Below, one piece after another: positions 8,403-16,868 of a stretch of DNA of 32,000 nt (its first letter is position 1; every line of letters starts with the position of its first letter). The notes beneath the pieces were generated by a model. It had not been told where the DNA came from. It saw only the letters and a list, made by a program, of their open reading frames with translations, and did no database searches. Origin of the DNA: Providencia phage PSTCR4; the sequence record MW057856.1; one strand, written 5' to 3'. A program made the position numbers and the translations under genes.

Positions 8403-10382
8403 TTACATATATCCAAAGTCTTTTAAATACGACTCGGATTTGGATATATAGTGTTCGTAATCCAAATCGTCTGGTATACCATCTTCCATTTTCATTAAAG
8501 GTACACCGTTTGTAGATCCTGCCACCTTATTTCCAGATTTTGCGTATATCATTTCCGGAACGTCTTCTTTATTGCTAATATACCAACGAACGACACCGCC
8601 TAAATATTCACCGTTCCACACAGCGCCACCTTTTACTTGTCTGATAGCCACAAATTTACGGATGTCTGTGCAGTTTTTAATGGTTTCTCTTATAGGTGTG
8701 CCTTTATCTAAATATTCAACTACAGCGTCTGTTATAATTGACCCTGTTGAGTTTTTAGTTAGTCCAGCTTCCCTAAACCAGCCTTTACGTTTGATTTTAC
8801 CGTCTGCCATTATTGCAATATAGTTGTTTACGTTGCTACTATGCAAAGACTTATATTCTGTATACTCCATGTCAAACTTAGACTGACCTTCCCAATATGC
8901 AATAATAGAGTTTACAAAATCCTCTTTGTCTTCATCATACTCTATAACTATACCATCGGTATTCGCAGAAACAATACTTGCACCATTTAATTCCAATAAT
9001 TCGCATAACATTAATAAAGCAAGCTGTCCAGTTAACGTTGTCTGCAATAGTAGCTTAGGTGCATACAAGAAAGAAAATAAAGAACCGAATTTACCATAAG
9101 CTCCGTTAATGGTGATCTTTAAACTATTCGCTTTTCTTTTTTCTTTTGCTTTTTTAGCAGCAATACGGGTCTGTACAATCTTATCGTAGATTATAAGAAA
9201 AACTTCACCTAATTGAGGAGGGAACAGCTTTTGACCTAGTATTGTTTCAGGGTAATAAGATGTAACGTCTGCATCCTTTCTTTTTTTACCTTTAGTGGGC
9301 AACCGAACTAAATTCTTTTCACAACTGTGTAGTCCACCAATGCCCATCCTATAGGTCACACCGCCCATTACAAATTGAAGTCCTTTTAATTCAGGTGGAT
9401 TTATAATTTTACCATCGTGCCCTATTACAAACTTACATCCTCGAATTAAACCTAAAACACTATTCATTAAAGGTGTTTGAAACTGTAACCAAGCTGGAAC
9501 ATCGTATGTTAAAACTTGACCAATAACATCTTCTATTCTAGGTTTAGGAGGATATCTTCCTGTTAATGCTCTATATTCTGCTGTAATTACATCTTCTGCT
9601 ACCTGTGCATCAGATCGAGATCTCACGTCTATTCCGTGTTGTTTACCTATATCTACGCGCAAATCTATATCTGGTTTAACAGCATTATAAGCCATATCTG
9701 TTAAATCCAAGTCGTTAATACAGTACCAACGAATAATTGCCTTCTGATTATAATTAAGTAAAGTCTCGGGATGAAAAGGCAAATCCTGTAGCTGTTTGGC
9801 GTGCATTCTTGCACCGTATAATTTCAAGCTAACTCCAACGCCCGGCATTACTTCCTTAATATCAATGTGGTCACAATCTATTCTCTTTAATCCATAATTG
9901 CGAAGTATTTCCCAAGGACGCCAATTTTCAGAAATAATAAAGTTTGTAGCCTCTTTCAATGACATGTTATCAAAACCATGTAGCGCCATTGTAAGAATTG
10001 GCTCATCGTAGTGTTTACCGTTAAAACTTATGATCGTAAAATTAGTTACAATCCATCTTAACATAACCACATTTAGAGCTGTGCTTTCGTCCATTTCAAA
10101 GTAAATAATCTTTTTTGAGTTTACTCCCATAAAAGCAATTAAAAAGTAATTCTTATAACACTCGATATCGAAAACTAAAGGTTCTCTTGTTACAAATGCA
10201 TTAATTAACTCTTGTTCTGTATACAGATTGAAGTTTGCATTAAGTGCTTCTTGCAAGTGAGGTAAATAATCGTCTTTAAGCCAGACTGGCTCGGGAGGAG
10301 TTCTTTTGATAACTTCCTTAACCTTTTTTTCTTTTACTACAGGAATATCTTGCCAAAAGAATCCAATTGCATCCTTTCTCAT
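8403..10382 (-). CDS. Family B-like DNA polymerase with 3'-5' exonuclease domain
   Basis: Exo-type LVFDIECYKNY and FNGKHYDEP; polymerase motif A DVTSYYPETI, motif B KITINGAYGKFG, motif C-like SANTDGIVI. Confidence 0.9.
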   Translation of the reverse strand: MRKDAIGFFWQDIPVVKEKKVKEVIKRTPPEPVWLKDDYLPHLQEALNANFNLYTEQELINAFVTREPLVFDIECYKNYFLIAFMGVNSKKIIYFEMDESTALNVVMLRWIVTNFTIISFNGKHYDEPILTMALHGFDNMSLKEATNFIISENWRPWEILRNYGLKRIDCDHIDIKEVMPGVGVSLKLYGARMHAKQLQDLPFHPETLLNYNQKAIIRWYCINDLDLTDMAYNAVKPDIDLRVDIGKQHGIDVRSRSDAQVAEDVITAEYRALTGRYPPKPRIEDVIGQVLTYDVPAWLQFQTPLMNSVLGLIRGCKFVIGHDGKIINPPELKGLQFVMGGVTYRMGIGGLHSCEKNLVRLPTKGKKRKDADVTSYYPETILGQKLFPPQLGEVFLIIYDKIVQTRIAAKKAKEKRKANSLKITINGAYGKFGSLFSFLYAPKLLLQTTLTGQLALLMLCELLELNGASIVSANTDGIVIEYDEDKEDFVNSIIAYWEGQSKFDMEYTEYKSLHSSNVNNYIAIMADGKIKRKGWFREAGLTKNSTGSIITDAVVEYLDKGTPIRETIKNCTDIRKFVAIRQVKGGAVWNGEYLGGVVRWYISNKEDVPEMIYAKSGNKVAGSTNGVPLMKMEDGIPDDLDYEHYISKSESYLKDFGYM

Positions 10383-11344
10383 ATTCTAATCCCCATGAAT
10401 ACACCTCTTAGATTTTGTGCAATAAAAGAAGACTTGCCTGGATATCCGAAATGTATTTGTTCTGCTACACCTTTTAAGGATTGGAGGATTTCAATACGCC
10501 AAACACCTTGAATAGAACTATCGTTAATATTATAACTTGCCCCTTCTGACTCGTCGAAGTGTGTTCTTACTGTGCCATTTTCAATATATGCATTTGCGTT
10601 TTTATCTGCAAAAGGTTTAATTGAATCCAAAGCATCAAATAATGTGGAATCTACAACTTTATAGTTAAACTCGCCATCTATAATTTTGGAAAGATTGGGC
10701 CATTCTTCTGCGTGTAATAACTGAGTTCTTAGCCATCGATCCCCTTCAAAATGAAAAGTAACACTTGTGTCGGATAATGTGCAACCGATTGGATCTTCTT
10801 TTATTTTCAATAGTTCTCGAACTGCTTGTGAAGGTAATACAAAATTGTGCGGAAACCCATTGCCTAGCCAATATTCAGCGGCTGTAACATTGTTTGTTGC
10901 ATATGCACTTGTTGGCGTCACCAATACGCCACAACTCCATGGCCTACTGGCATCTGTGCTTATAAATGGTTTTAGCGAGTTTAAAGCCTGCATAAAAACA
11001 TGCCCGTTTATAACAAACTGCTCACCTTCTGGCACAACATGCGGAGTTAATTTATCTAATGTGTTAATATTAACTTTAAACTTTCCGCTTTTAATATTCA
11101 ATTTACCATTAGGTAACATTGTCATTTGAACTGCATCTTCGCACTTTTCAATAGCTTTAACTAAATCCAATGCATGAGGTGTGCAATTTAAATCTGTGTC
11201 TACAGGTGCGCATAATGCAAACGTTCCATTAAAACCTCGAACATACCCATTTTCTATTTTAAAGTGGGTTAAACCTTCGACAAATTCTTTAGATGCTACA
11301 GAACCCTTTACGAATTTTAAAGACTGCAAAAGATCATTTATCAT
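10379..11344 (-). CDS. Putative DNA sliding clamp (DnaN-like fold)
   Basis: 321 aa. Segments resembling beta-clamp patterns (RPWSCGVLVTPTSAYATNNVTAAEY, FVLPSQAVRELLKI); 4-nt overlap with the polymerase gene. Confidence 0.55.
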   Translation of the reverse strand: MINDLLQSLKFVKGSVASKEFVEGLTHFKIENGYVRGFNGTFALCAPVDTDLNCTPHALDLVKAIEKCEDAVQMTMLPNGKLNIKSGKFKVNINTLDKLTPHVVPEGEQFVINGHVFMQALNSLKPFISTDASRPWSCGVLVTPTSAYATNNVTAAEYWLGNGFPHNFVLPSQAVRELLKIKEDPIGCTLSDTSVTFHFEGDRWLRTQLLHAEEWPNLSKIIDGEFNYKVVDSTLFDALDSIKPFADKNANAYIENGTVRTHFDESEGASYNINDSSIQGVWRIEILQSLKGVAEQIHFGYPGKSSFIAQNLRGVFMGIRI

Positions 11345-12270
11345 TAGAAAAGCTCCTGAACACGCTCGTTTAACTTCTTATTGTGGTTACAATTAATCAT
11401 AGTTTGAATTAGTCCGTATTGCCACAAGTTAAATGCAGCTCTAGACTCATAACAAGTAGACAATCTTTCGTAAGTAAATCCAGCTCTTTCCAAATACCTT
11501 AAAATATTGTCCTGTTCTATGGGAGTAAGATTGCATAAATGCTGACCTGCATCATGACGAGAAGGACTTTTTTCTGATACTTGAATATTACCATAACGTG
11601 ATGAAGTTATGCCCCCAAATGCCGCAGTTTGAATCCAAGAGGAGGAATCGCAGCTATACCAAGGATAACGCTCCATAAGCGGGATAGATGTTATACCAAA
11701 TCCATGAACTTTTATTTTAGCACGACCAGAACCGTCAACAAGATGATTATTCCAAATTCTATCCAGCCATCTTGTTAATTGTTCAGTAGAAGCACCAACC
11801 ATGCCACCTAGAGTTATGTATTCATAATTTTGCACATAATAATCTAGATAACGAGGATCTTCCCCAGAGTGAAAACATGGCAATGGTCTAACTCCTCTTG
11901 CTTCCATTTCCAACTGATTACGATATGTTTGTAAAGGATCCCCGATACCATCCAACACAGAAGCCATCAACGCCCCATCCTCAACTCTAATGATATCCAT
12001 GTTACGTTGAATATATTCGCAATACTCTTTTACACTTAGCGTGACTCCTAAAGTATAGGCCGAGAATGCACCGGAGTCCAAAAATATACGTGCATTATCT
12101 CTTCTCATATCATCTACAAATTTTTGTTTGCCAACATAGTGCCACGACTCTAGAATATGTTTTATTTTTCTGTTAACTATCTTTTTTTCGATATCATTTA
12201 ATTTGTCGTGCCTGGATCCTTGTCCCTGCATGTATCCGTTTGTATATACCGCGGCCATAAATATAAACAT
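11344..12270 (-). CDS. dpdA: DpdA-like DNA 7-deazaguanine transglycosylase (TGT-like)
   Basis: FLDSGAFSAYTLG, CFHSGED, YITLGGMVG and VHGFGITS...YPWYSCDSSSWIQTAAFG are TGT/DpdA-like motifs; next to preQ0 genes. The track begins at a GTG at 12276; ATG at 12268-12270 has an AGAGG 5 nt upstream. Confidence 0.85.
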   Translation of the reverse strand: MFIFMAAVYTNGYMQGQGSRHDKLNDIEKKIVNRKIKHILESWHYVGKQKFVDDMRRDNARIFLDSGAFSAYTLGVTLSVKEYCEYIQRNMDIIRVEDGALMASVLDGIGDPLQTYRNQLEMEARGVRPLPCFHSGEDPRYLDYYVQNYEYITLGGMVGASTEQLTRWLDRIWNNHLVDGSGRAKIKVHGFGITSIPLMERYPWYSCDSSSWIQTAAFGGITSSRYGNIQVSEKSPSRHDAGQHLCNLTPIEQDNILRYLERAGFTYERLSTCYESRAAFNLWQYGLIQTMINCNHNKKLNERVQELF

Positions 12271-12286
12271 AAACACCTCTAAACAA

Positions 12287-12318
12287 AAATGCCCTGTATA
12301 TTATAATACAAGGCATTT
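12287..12318 (-). terminator. Hairpin between folE and dpdA; possible terminator/attenuator overlapping a -10 element
   Basis: AAATGCC/GGCATTT plus inner TGTAT/ATACA stem, followed on the minus strand by TTTTT. Confidence 0.45.
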
Positions 12319-12329
12319 ACTTTACCAAT
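12300..12329 (-). promoter_or_regulatory. Possible promoter for dpdA-clamp-polymerase
   Basis: Minus strand TTGGTA, about 18 nt spacer, TATAAT (complement of ATTATA at 12300-12305). Confidence 0.4.
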
Positions 12330-12343
12330 AATCAGAAGTAATA

Positions 12344-13360
12344 CTACTTACAAATTGACATAAACTCGTTACGTGTTTCAGGTTCATCTCTGATTACACC
12401 TCGTAATGCAACCGTTGTTGTGTAGTGACCATGTTGGCAAACACCGCGAGATTCCATGCACATATGACGAGCACTAACGAACACGCCTACACCAAACGGT
12501 TGAAGATGTTCGACAATACAATCCGCAATTTGATTTGTTAAACGTTCTTGCACTTGTAAACGACGAGCGAACATGTCTACAACTCTATTAATTTTGCTTA
12601 ACCCTACAATACGCCCATTAGGTATGTATGCAACCGTTGCATGACCGATAATATCAGCCATGTGATGCTCACACTTAGAATAGAGAGGAATATTGTGAAC
12701 AGTAACCATCTGATCTGATCCCTCTGCGCCATCTTCAAACGTTTTAAAAATGTCTTTAGGGTCAATTGTATAACCTCCAAACCAATGATTAATTGCTTTT
12801 TCAACACGCTGAGGAGTTTCTGCTAGACCTGCTCTATCGTATGTATAAGGTTCAATGTATTCTAGTATACCTTTAATGTGGTTAGAAAGGGATAACTTAG
12901 CGTTTTCCGTATTTTCCAAATCAAGTTCCAATTGTTTAATGTTATCCTTATCTTCCAAATTTAAAATAGCAGGAGTTCCATTATGAATAAATGCATAATA
13001 TGAACGTAATACGTCTTTATCTATATAAAAAGACAGGCCACTTCTTTGATATTGCATAACCACAAGATTTCCACTTATTGCTAATACACTGGCCAGTTTT
13101 TGCGTTTCCATATTGCGCCAAACTTGGCCAATTTTAACTTCAATTTGTTGAAATGTTTCTAATGGGTAAAACTTATGAATAAACACATCCATTTGCGTAG
13201 ATTGTACATCACTTCTGTCAAAAATATTAACGTGCCTAACAATGCTAAGTTTAGGATTACACTTGTCTACACTCAAACGATTATCAATTTCACAAACTTT
13301 AACACGCTTACCTAAAGATGAAATATAAATTTTACCTACAATAACATCGTTAACATTCAT
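12344..13360 (-). CDS. folE: GTP cyclohydrolase I with an N-terminal extension of about 140 aa
   Basis: GTPCH-I core: RAGLAETPQRVEKAINHWF, LYSKCEHHMADIIGHATVAYIPNGRIVGLSKINRVVDMFARRLQVQERLTNQIAD, MCMESRGV. ATG at 13358-13360 has GGAG 7 nt upstream; the track start at 13402 overlaps queD. Confidence 0.92.
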   Translation of the reverse strand: MNVNDVIVGKIYISSLGKRVKVCEIDNRLSVDKCNPKLSIVRHVNIFDRSDVQSTQMDVFIHKFYPLETFQQIEVKIGQVWRNMETQKLASVLAISGNLVVMQYQRSGLSFYIDKDVLRSYYAFIHNGTPAILNLEDKDNIKQLELDLENTENAKLSLSNHIKGILEYIEPYTYDRAGLAETPQRVEKAINHWFGGYTIDPKDIFKTFEDGAEGSDQMVTVHNIPLYSKCEHHMADIIGHATVAYIPNGRIVGLSKINRVVDMFARRLQVQERLTNQIADCIVEHLQPFGVGVFVSARHMCMESRGVCQHGHYTTTVALRGVIRDEPETRNEFMSICK

Positions 13361-13361
13361 T

Positions 13362-13871
13362 TTATAACTCCGCTGTAACAGAACACTTGCGTGTTTCTTC
13401 AATTATAACTTTAGTGCAAACTACACCTAAACCTTCTAGTTGTTTTGGTGCAACAACATTAAGTAAATAGTCTGCCATGTTTTCGGCCGTAGGGTTAAAA
13501 GGGACTCTCACAAAAGATTGTTGAATTATTTGTGAATTTTTAAAAGGTTCTTTCCCTACAGGGGCATAATAAAGAAAGTCGCAGATAGGGTCTTCTGTCC
13601 AATATAAAAACTTATGATCCCAGTTATCTTCAAGCCACATACACAGCTTTTCTTTGATAACTGAGAAATCAATAACGCGACCAACGGAATCTAATTTAGG
13701 AATATTTGAATCAGATTCGCCAAGATCTAAGTTTAACTGATATTCTAATGCTTCACAGTAAAAATGAATACGATAATTATGACCATGCAAATGACGACAT
13801 TTACCTTCATGACCCACAACACGGTGACCTACTGAAAGATCATGATAACGACTTGCTTGAATTTTAGTCAT
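13362..13871 (-). CDS. queD: 6-carboxy-5,6,7,8-tetrahydropterin synthase
   Basis: SVGHRVVGHEGKCRHLHGHNY with the QueD-type Cys and metal-binding His residues; VIDFSVIK; DHKFLY. Confidence 0.93.
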   Translation of the reverse strand: MTKIQASRYHDLSVGHRVVGHEGKCRHLHGHNYRIHFYCEALEYQLNLDLGESDSNIPKLDSVGRVIDFSVIKEKLCMWLEDNWDHKFLYWTEDPICDFLYYAPVGKEPFKNSQIIQQSFVRVPFNPTAENMADYLLNVVAPKQLEGLGVVCTKVIIEETRKCSVTAEL

Positions 13872-15291
13872 TTTTAATCTCCATTACAGGATCAACTTTA
13901 CCATTAATTTCAAATGCAGTTTTGCGCATAAAGCAAGGGCCACATTTTCCACAATGGTGTTCACCTTGTTCGTAACAGCTCCAAGTCAGTTGCATTGGTG
14001 CGTTAACTTTTAAACCGAGTGCAACAATTTCATGTTTCATTAAGTTGCCAACAGGCATTATAACTTTTAATTGTACACCATCGCCAACCGCAAACGGCAA
14101 CATGTGGTTAAAGCGTCTAATAAACTCAGGCTCGTTATCAGGATATGCTCCCGACTCTTCTAAGTTATTACCCAATGCAATGAAATTATAGCCTTTAGCT
14201 TCGGCGTATGCGGTAGCTATAGAGAGCATTAGTAAATTCCGTGCAGGAACCCACTCATGTGCGAACTCGGCCCCTGCTTCGCTTACAGCGATTGCGCTGT
14301 CGTTTAATAGAACACTGTCCTCGGTATCGTAAAAAGGGATATTCTTTATAACCACATTTACACCGAGGTTTTCTGCAATAGCCTGTACACATTGCAGCTC
14401 TTTAGTTTCTGCTTTACAACCATATTGAAAATGCATCAGTGTTACATTGTAACCTTCTGCAACAAGTTTAGACGCTACAACAGTGCTATCTAAACCGCCA
14501 GAGCAAACTACTAACGCTTTAGAATCTGTTGTTGCAAATAATTGGTTCTTTAGATTAACATGATCAATTTGACGACATTTTCCGCCCACATTTGTAAATA
14601 CGTTAGTTCCATATGTATCCATTGCAATACTTTTTGTTTCAATAGGTTCACTGCTAAACGAACAGCCTCCCATGTGTTCAGTAATATACAAAGGTTTATA
14701 GTTACAAGCTGTGAACAAATATTCAGGTAAATCGTCGTAAAATGCAAGAATTGCAAACGAGCCTTTTAACTTTTTAACAGCAACATTAAATATTTCACTT
14801 GCGTCTGTCATTGTTAAAGGCTCTTTGTAATCTGCCGTCAAATAGTTTAATAAATCGGCAATACGAGCAGAATCAATAGATGTTTGTAATAACGGTGTGT
14901 CACTATGTTTTTTAATTTCATCTGCAATTTCTTTATCGTTTGCAATTGTACCATTATGAACAATTGTCCATTTACCTTGCTTATACGGTTGTTGGTCGAA
15001 ATATTGTTTTTCTTTGACATATTCTGTTGTTGGTTCTGCTCGAGTATTACCAATTAAAATTGATGTATAAGGAAGCAAATTGTGGCAAATGTCTTTAATT
15101 ACAGACGTGTTTTCAAGCTCTACAGTTCTAAAGCTACCTGTCTGTCCACAAATAGATAAACCACTTGCACCAATACCATCACGCCCACGATTTAAAGAAG
15201 TATTAACTAAAGTCTTTAAAACACTACTTTTAACAATATAATTATTCAGCTTGTTTGGGTTATTAACCATAAAACCAAAAATTCCGCACAT
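13864..15291 (-). CDS. queC: Gat-QueC: class II glutamine amidotransferase domain fused to QueC
   Basis: N-terminal MCGIFGF with an Ntn-type Cys; PP-loop LVVCSGGLDSTVVA; zinc motif SCYEQGEHHCGKCGPCFMRK. Confidence 0.93.
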   Translation of the reverse strand: MCGIFGFMVNNPNKLNNYIVKSSVLKTLVNTSLNRGRDGIGASGLSICGQTGSFRTVELENTSVIKDICHNLLPYTSILIGNTRAEPTTEYVKEKQYFDQQPYKQGKWTIVHNGTIANDKEIADEIKKHSDTPLLQTSIDSARIADLLNYLTADYKEPLTMTDASEIFNVAVKKLKGSFAILAFYDDLPEYLFTACNYKPLYITEHMGGCSFSSEPIETKSIAMDTYGTNVFTNVGGKCRQIDHVNLKNQLFATTDSKALVVCSGGLDSTVVASKLVAEGYNVTLMHFQYGCKAETKELQCVQAIAENLGVNVVIKNIPFYDTEDSVLLNDSAIAVSEAGAEFAHEWVPARNLLMLSIATAYAEAKGYNFIALGNNLEESGAYPDNEPEFIRRFNHMLPFAVGDGVQLKVIMPVGNLMKHEIVALGLKVNAPMQLTWSCYEQGEHHCGKCGPCFMRKTAFEINGKVDPVMEIKND

Positions 15292-15292
15292 A

Positions 15293-15493
15293 TTACACCT
15301 CTAATTCTGTTGGAGTTACTTTGAAATCTAAAATTAATAAATCACAAGAACCTAAAGAACCAAGACTAGAAAATTGTTCTGTTTCGAATTTAATTAAAAC
15401 AGGATCTTGACTATGTTCTTTAATAATTTTATTAATTTCATTAACACGATGCTGTAATAATTTTTGTAAATCCTGTGCTTCTTGAAGTTTCAT
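15293..15493 (-). CDS. Hypothetical 66-aa protein between gat-queC and queE
   Basis: Open frame packed tightly between its neighbours (1-2 nt gaps). Confidence 0.65.
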   Translation of the reverse strand: MKLQEAQDLQKLLQHRVNEINKIIKEHSQDPVLIKFETEQFSSLGSLGSCDLLILDFKVTPTELEV

Positions 15494-16201
15494 TTATTCT
15501 ACCTCAATTATTTTGTGTAGCTGTAATTGTACAACATATCCATTGGCTAAACAACTATCAACGACTGCTTTTGTATTCAGCAAATTCTCTTCGTTGTCGT
15601 AGCTGTCCATAGGTTGAAGATAAATAATATCTTTATAACACTTAGGCGGTCTTGCAATATGCGGAGTTGCACGATGTTCTAAAGCACGAGTAGGAAGCCC
15701 ATCTGGTTCTACTTCTTTATGATTTAACACGTACTTGAATTTAATATTGTTGCAACCTTGTTTAATACGCTGTTCAAAACTAGGATGTAATTTTGTAGCC
15801 TTTGGGCTAACAACAATATTAACAGAACTTGGAAACTCTTGAGGAATAGGCATTGTGCCATTTGTTTCAATTTGTACGGTGTACCCTCGAGCTAGTAGCA
15901 CTTTACACACAATCGCCAGTGCATTACCTTGTCTTAAAGGTTCGCCGCCTGTAACCACAATTAAGCGCACATTATCCGCTTGTTTAATAATTTCGTCTGC
16001 GAGATCATATGGTTTCATTTTAATAGAAACGGATGTATAGTCTGTGTCACAAGCAGGGCACATTAAATTACAACCAAATAATCTCACAAATAATGCAGGG
16101 TAGCCTGTAAAAGGACCTTCCCCTTGTATGGTTTTAAAAATAGAATGAACAGAAATATTATCTGTTGAATGATTTAATTTAGATGGTTTTTGCGTATTCA
16201 T
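15494..16201 (-). CDS. queE: 7-carboxy-7-deazaguanine synthase (radical SAM)
   Basis: SIFKTIQGEGPFTGYPALFVRLFGCNLMCPACDTDYT with CX3CX2C; VVTGGEPLRQ; IETNGTMP; VSPKATK. Confidence 0.94.
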   Translation of the reverse strand: MNTQKPSKLNHSTDNISVHSIFKTIQGEGPFTGYPALFVRLFGCNLMCPACDTDYTSVSIKMKPYDLADEIIKQADNVRLIVVTGGEPLRQGNALAIVCKVLLARGYTVQIETNGTMPIPQEFPSSVNIVVSPKATKLHPSFEQRIKQGCNNIKFKYVLNHKEVEPDGLPTRALEHRATPHIARPPKCYKDIIYLQPMDSYDNEENLLNTKAVVDSCLANGYVVQLQLHKIIEVE

Positions 16202-16802
16202 TTTTATTTCCTTTAGTCAATACAGATAATACTTTGCCGTAAACTGGTAACAAGAACAGTAAACTTAATCCCGCTTTAAATACAGTATCGAATAACGCAA
16301 TGTTTAACCAAAATTCAGCAAGAACAGGATCTTCGCTTTTATAGAATGCAATGAAAAAGAAAAGTAGACTATCTATCAAGTTGCCAATTGTCATAGATGC
16401 TGCTGGTGCAACATACCATACATAATTCTGTCTTAGTTTGTTAAATACAAATATATCAACAAGTTGACCGAATGCATACGCTGCAAAGCTCGCCACTGCA
16501 ATGCGCAATACAAAGAAATTAAATGTGGTTATTCCTTCAACTCCCTGCCATTGTCCGTTGAAAAATAAAGAAGAAATAAACCAAGAAATGAATACAACAG
16601 GAATGGAAACAGAGAATATAACTTTTCTTGCTGTTTGTGCTCCAAGGATTCTAACTGTTAAATCAGTAAACAGGAAAATTAAGGGAAAGGTGAATGCACC
16701 GTATGTTGTGTGAAAACTGAATATTTGGAAAGGATATTGAGTGAGGTAATTTGCAGATACAATAACGCAGATATGTAAAAATATAAGAATGGGTAATTTC
16801 AT
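16179..16802 (-). CDS. yhhQ: YhhQ-family queuosine-precursor transporter
   Basis: Multi-pass membrane protein with YhhQ-type segments: SANYLTQYPFQIFSFHTTYGAFTFPLIFLFTDLTVRILGAQTARKVIFSVSIP, ISSLFFNGQWQG, AYAFGQLVDIFVFNKLRQ. ATG at 16800-16802 has GAGG 6 nt upstream; the track start is 16832. Confidence 0.88.
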   Translation of the reverse strand: MKLPILIFLHICVIVSANYLTQYPFQIFSFHTTYGAFTFPLIFLFTDLTVRILGAQTARKVIFSVSIPVVFISWFISSLFFNGQWQGVEGITTFNFFVLRIAVASFAAYAFGQLVDIFVFNKLRQNYVWYVAPAASMTIGNLIDSLLFFFIAFYKSEDPVLAEFWLNIALFDTVFKAGLSLLFLLPVYGKVLSVLTKGNKNEYAKTI

Positions 16803-16820
16803 TTGATGCCTCGGTAGTAT

Positions 16821-16845
16821 AAAAGGAGGCACTATGCCCCCTTTT
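16821..16845 (-). terminator. Hairpin upstream of the 7-deazaguanine operon (possible attenuator/terminator)
   Basis: Minus strand AAAAGGGGGC-ATAGT-GCCTCCTTTT: 10-bp stem with one G-U, ending in TTTT. Confidence 0.45.
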
Positions 16846-16868
16846 GGATTAAACTGGCCTTTTAAACT

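Noticed and set aside
10767-11129. 120-aa plus-strand ORF opposite the clamp-like gene
   Set aside because: Antisense shadow of a tightly coupled minus-strand operon gene.
13361-13402. Upstream start for folE at 13402 giving a queD overlap
   Set aside because: The ATG at 13358-13360 has a good GGAG at proper spacing and removes the overlap; the upstream start lacks a clear RBS.
14550-15053. Two 68-aa minus-strand ORFs within gat-queC
   Set aside because: Off-frame translations of the confident Gat-QueC frame; Leu/Gln-rich out-of-frame composition.
16803-16832. Upstream yhhQ start and a 12-codon plus-strand mini-ORF (AAGGAGG...ATG) at the same place
   Set aside because: The start at 16802 has a better RBS and begins the first membrane segment; the AAGGAGG on the plus strand is explained by the hairpin stem and its ORF is only 12 codons.
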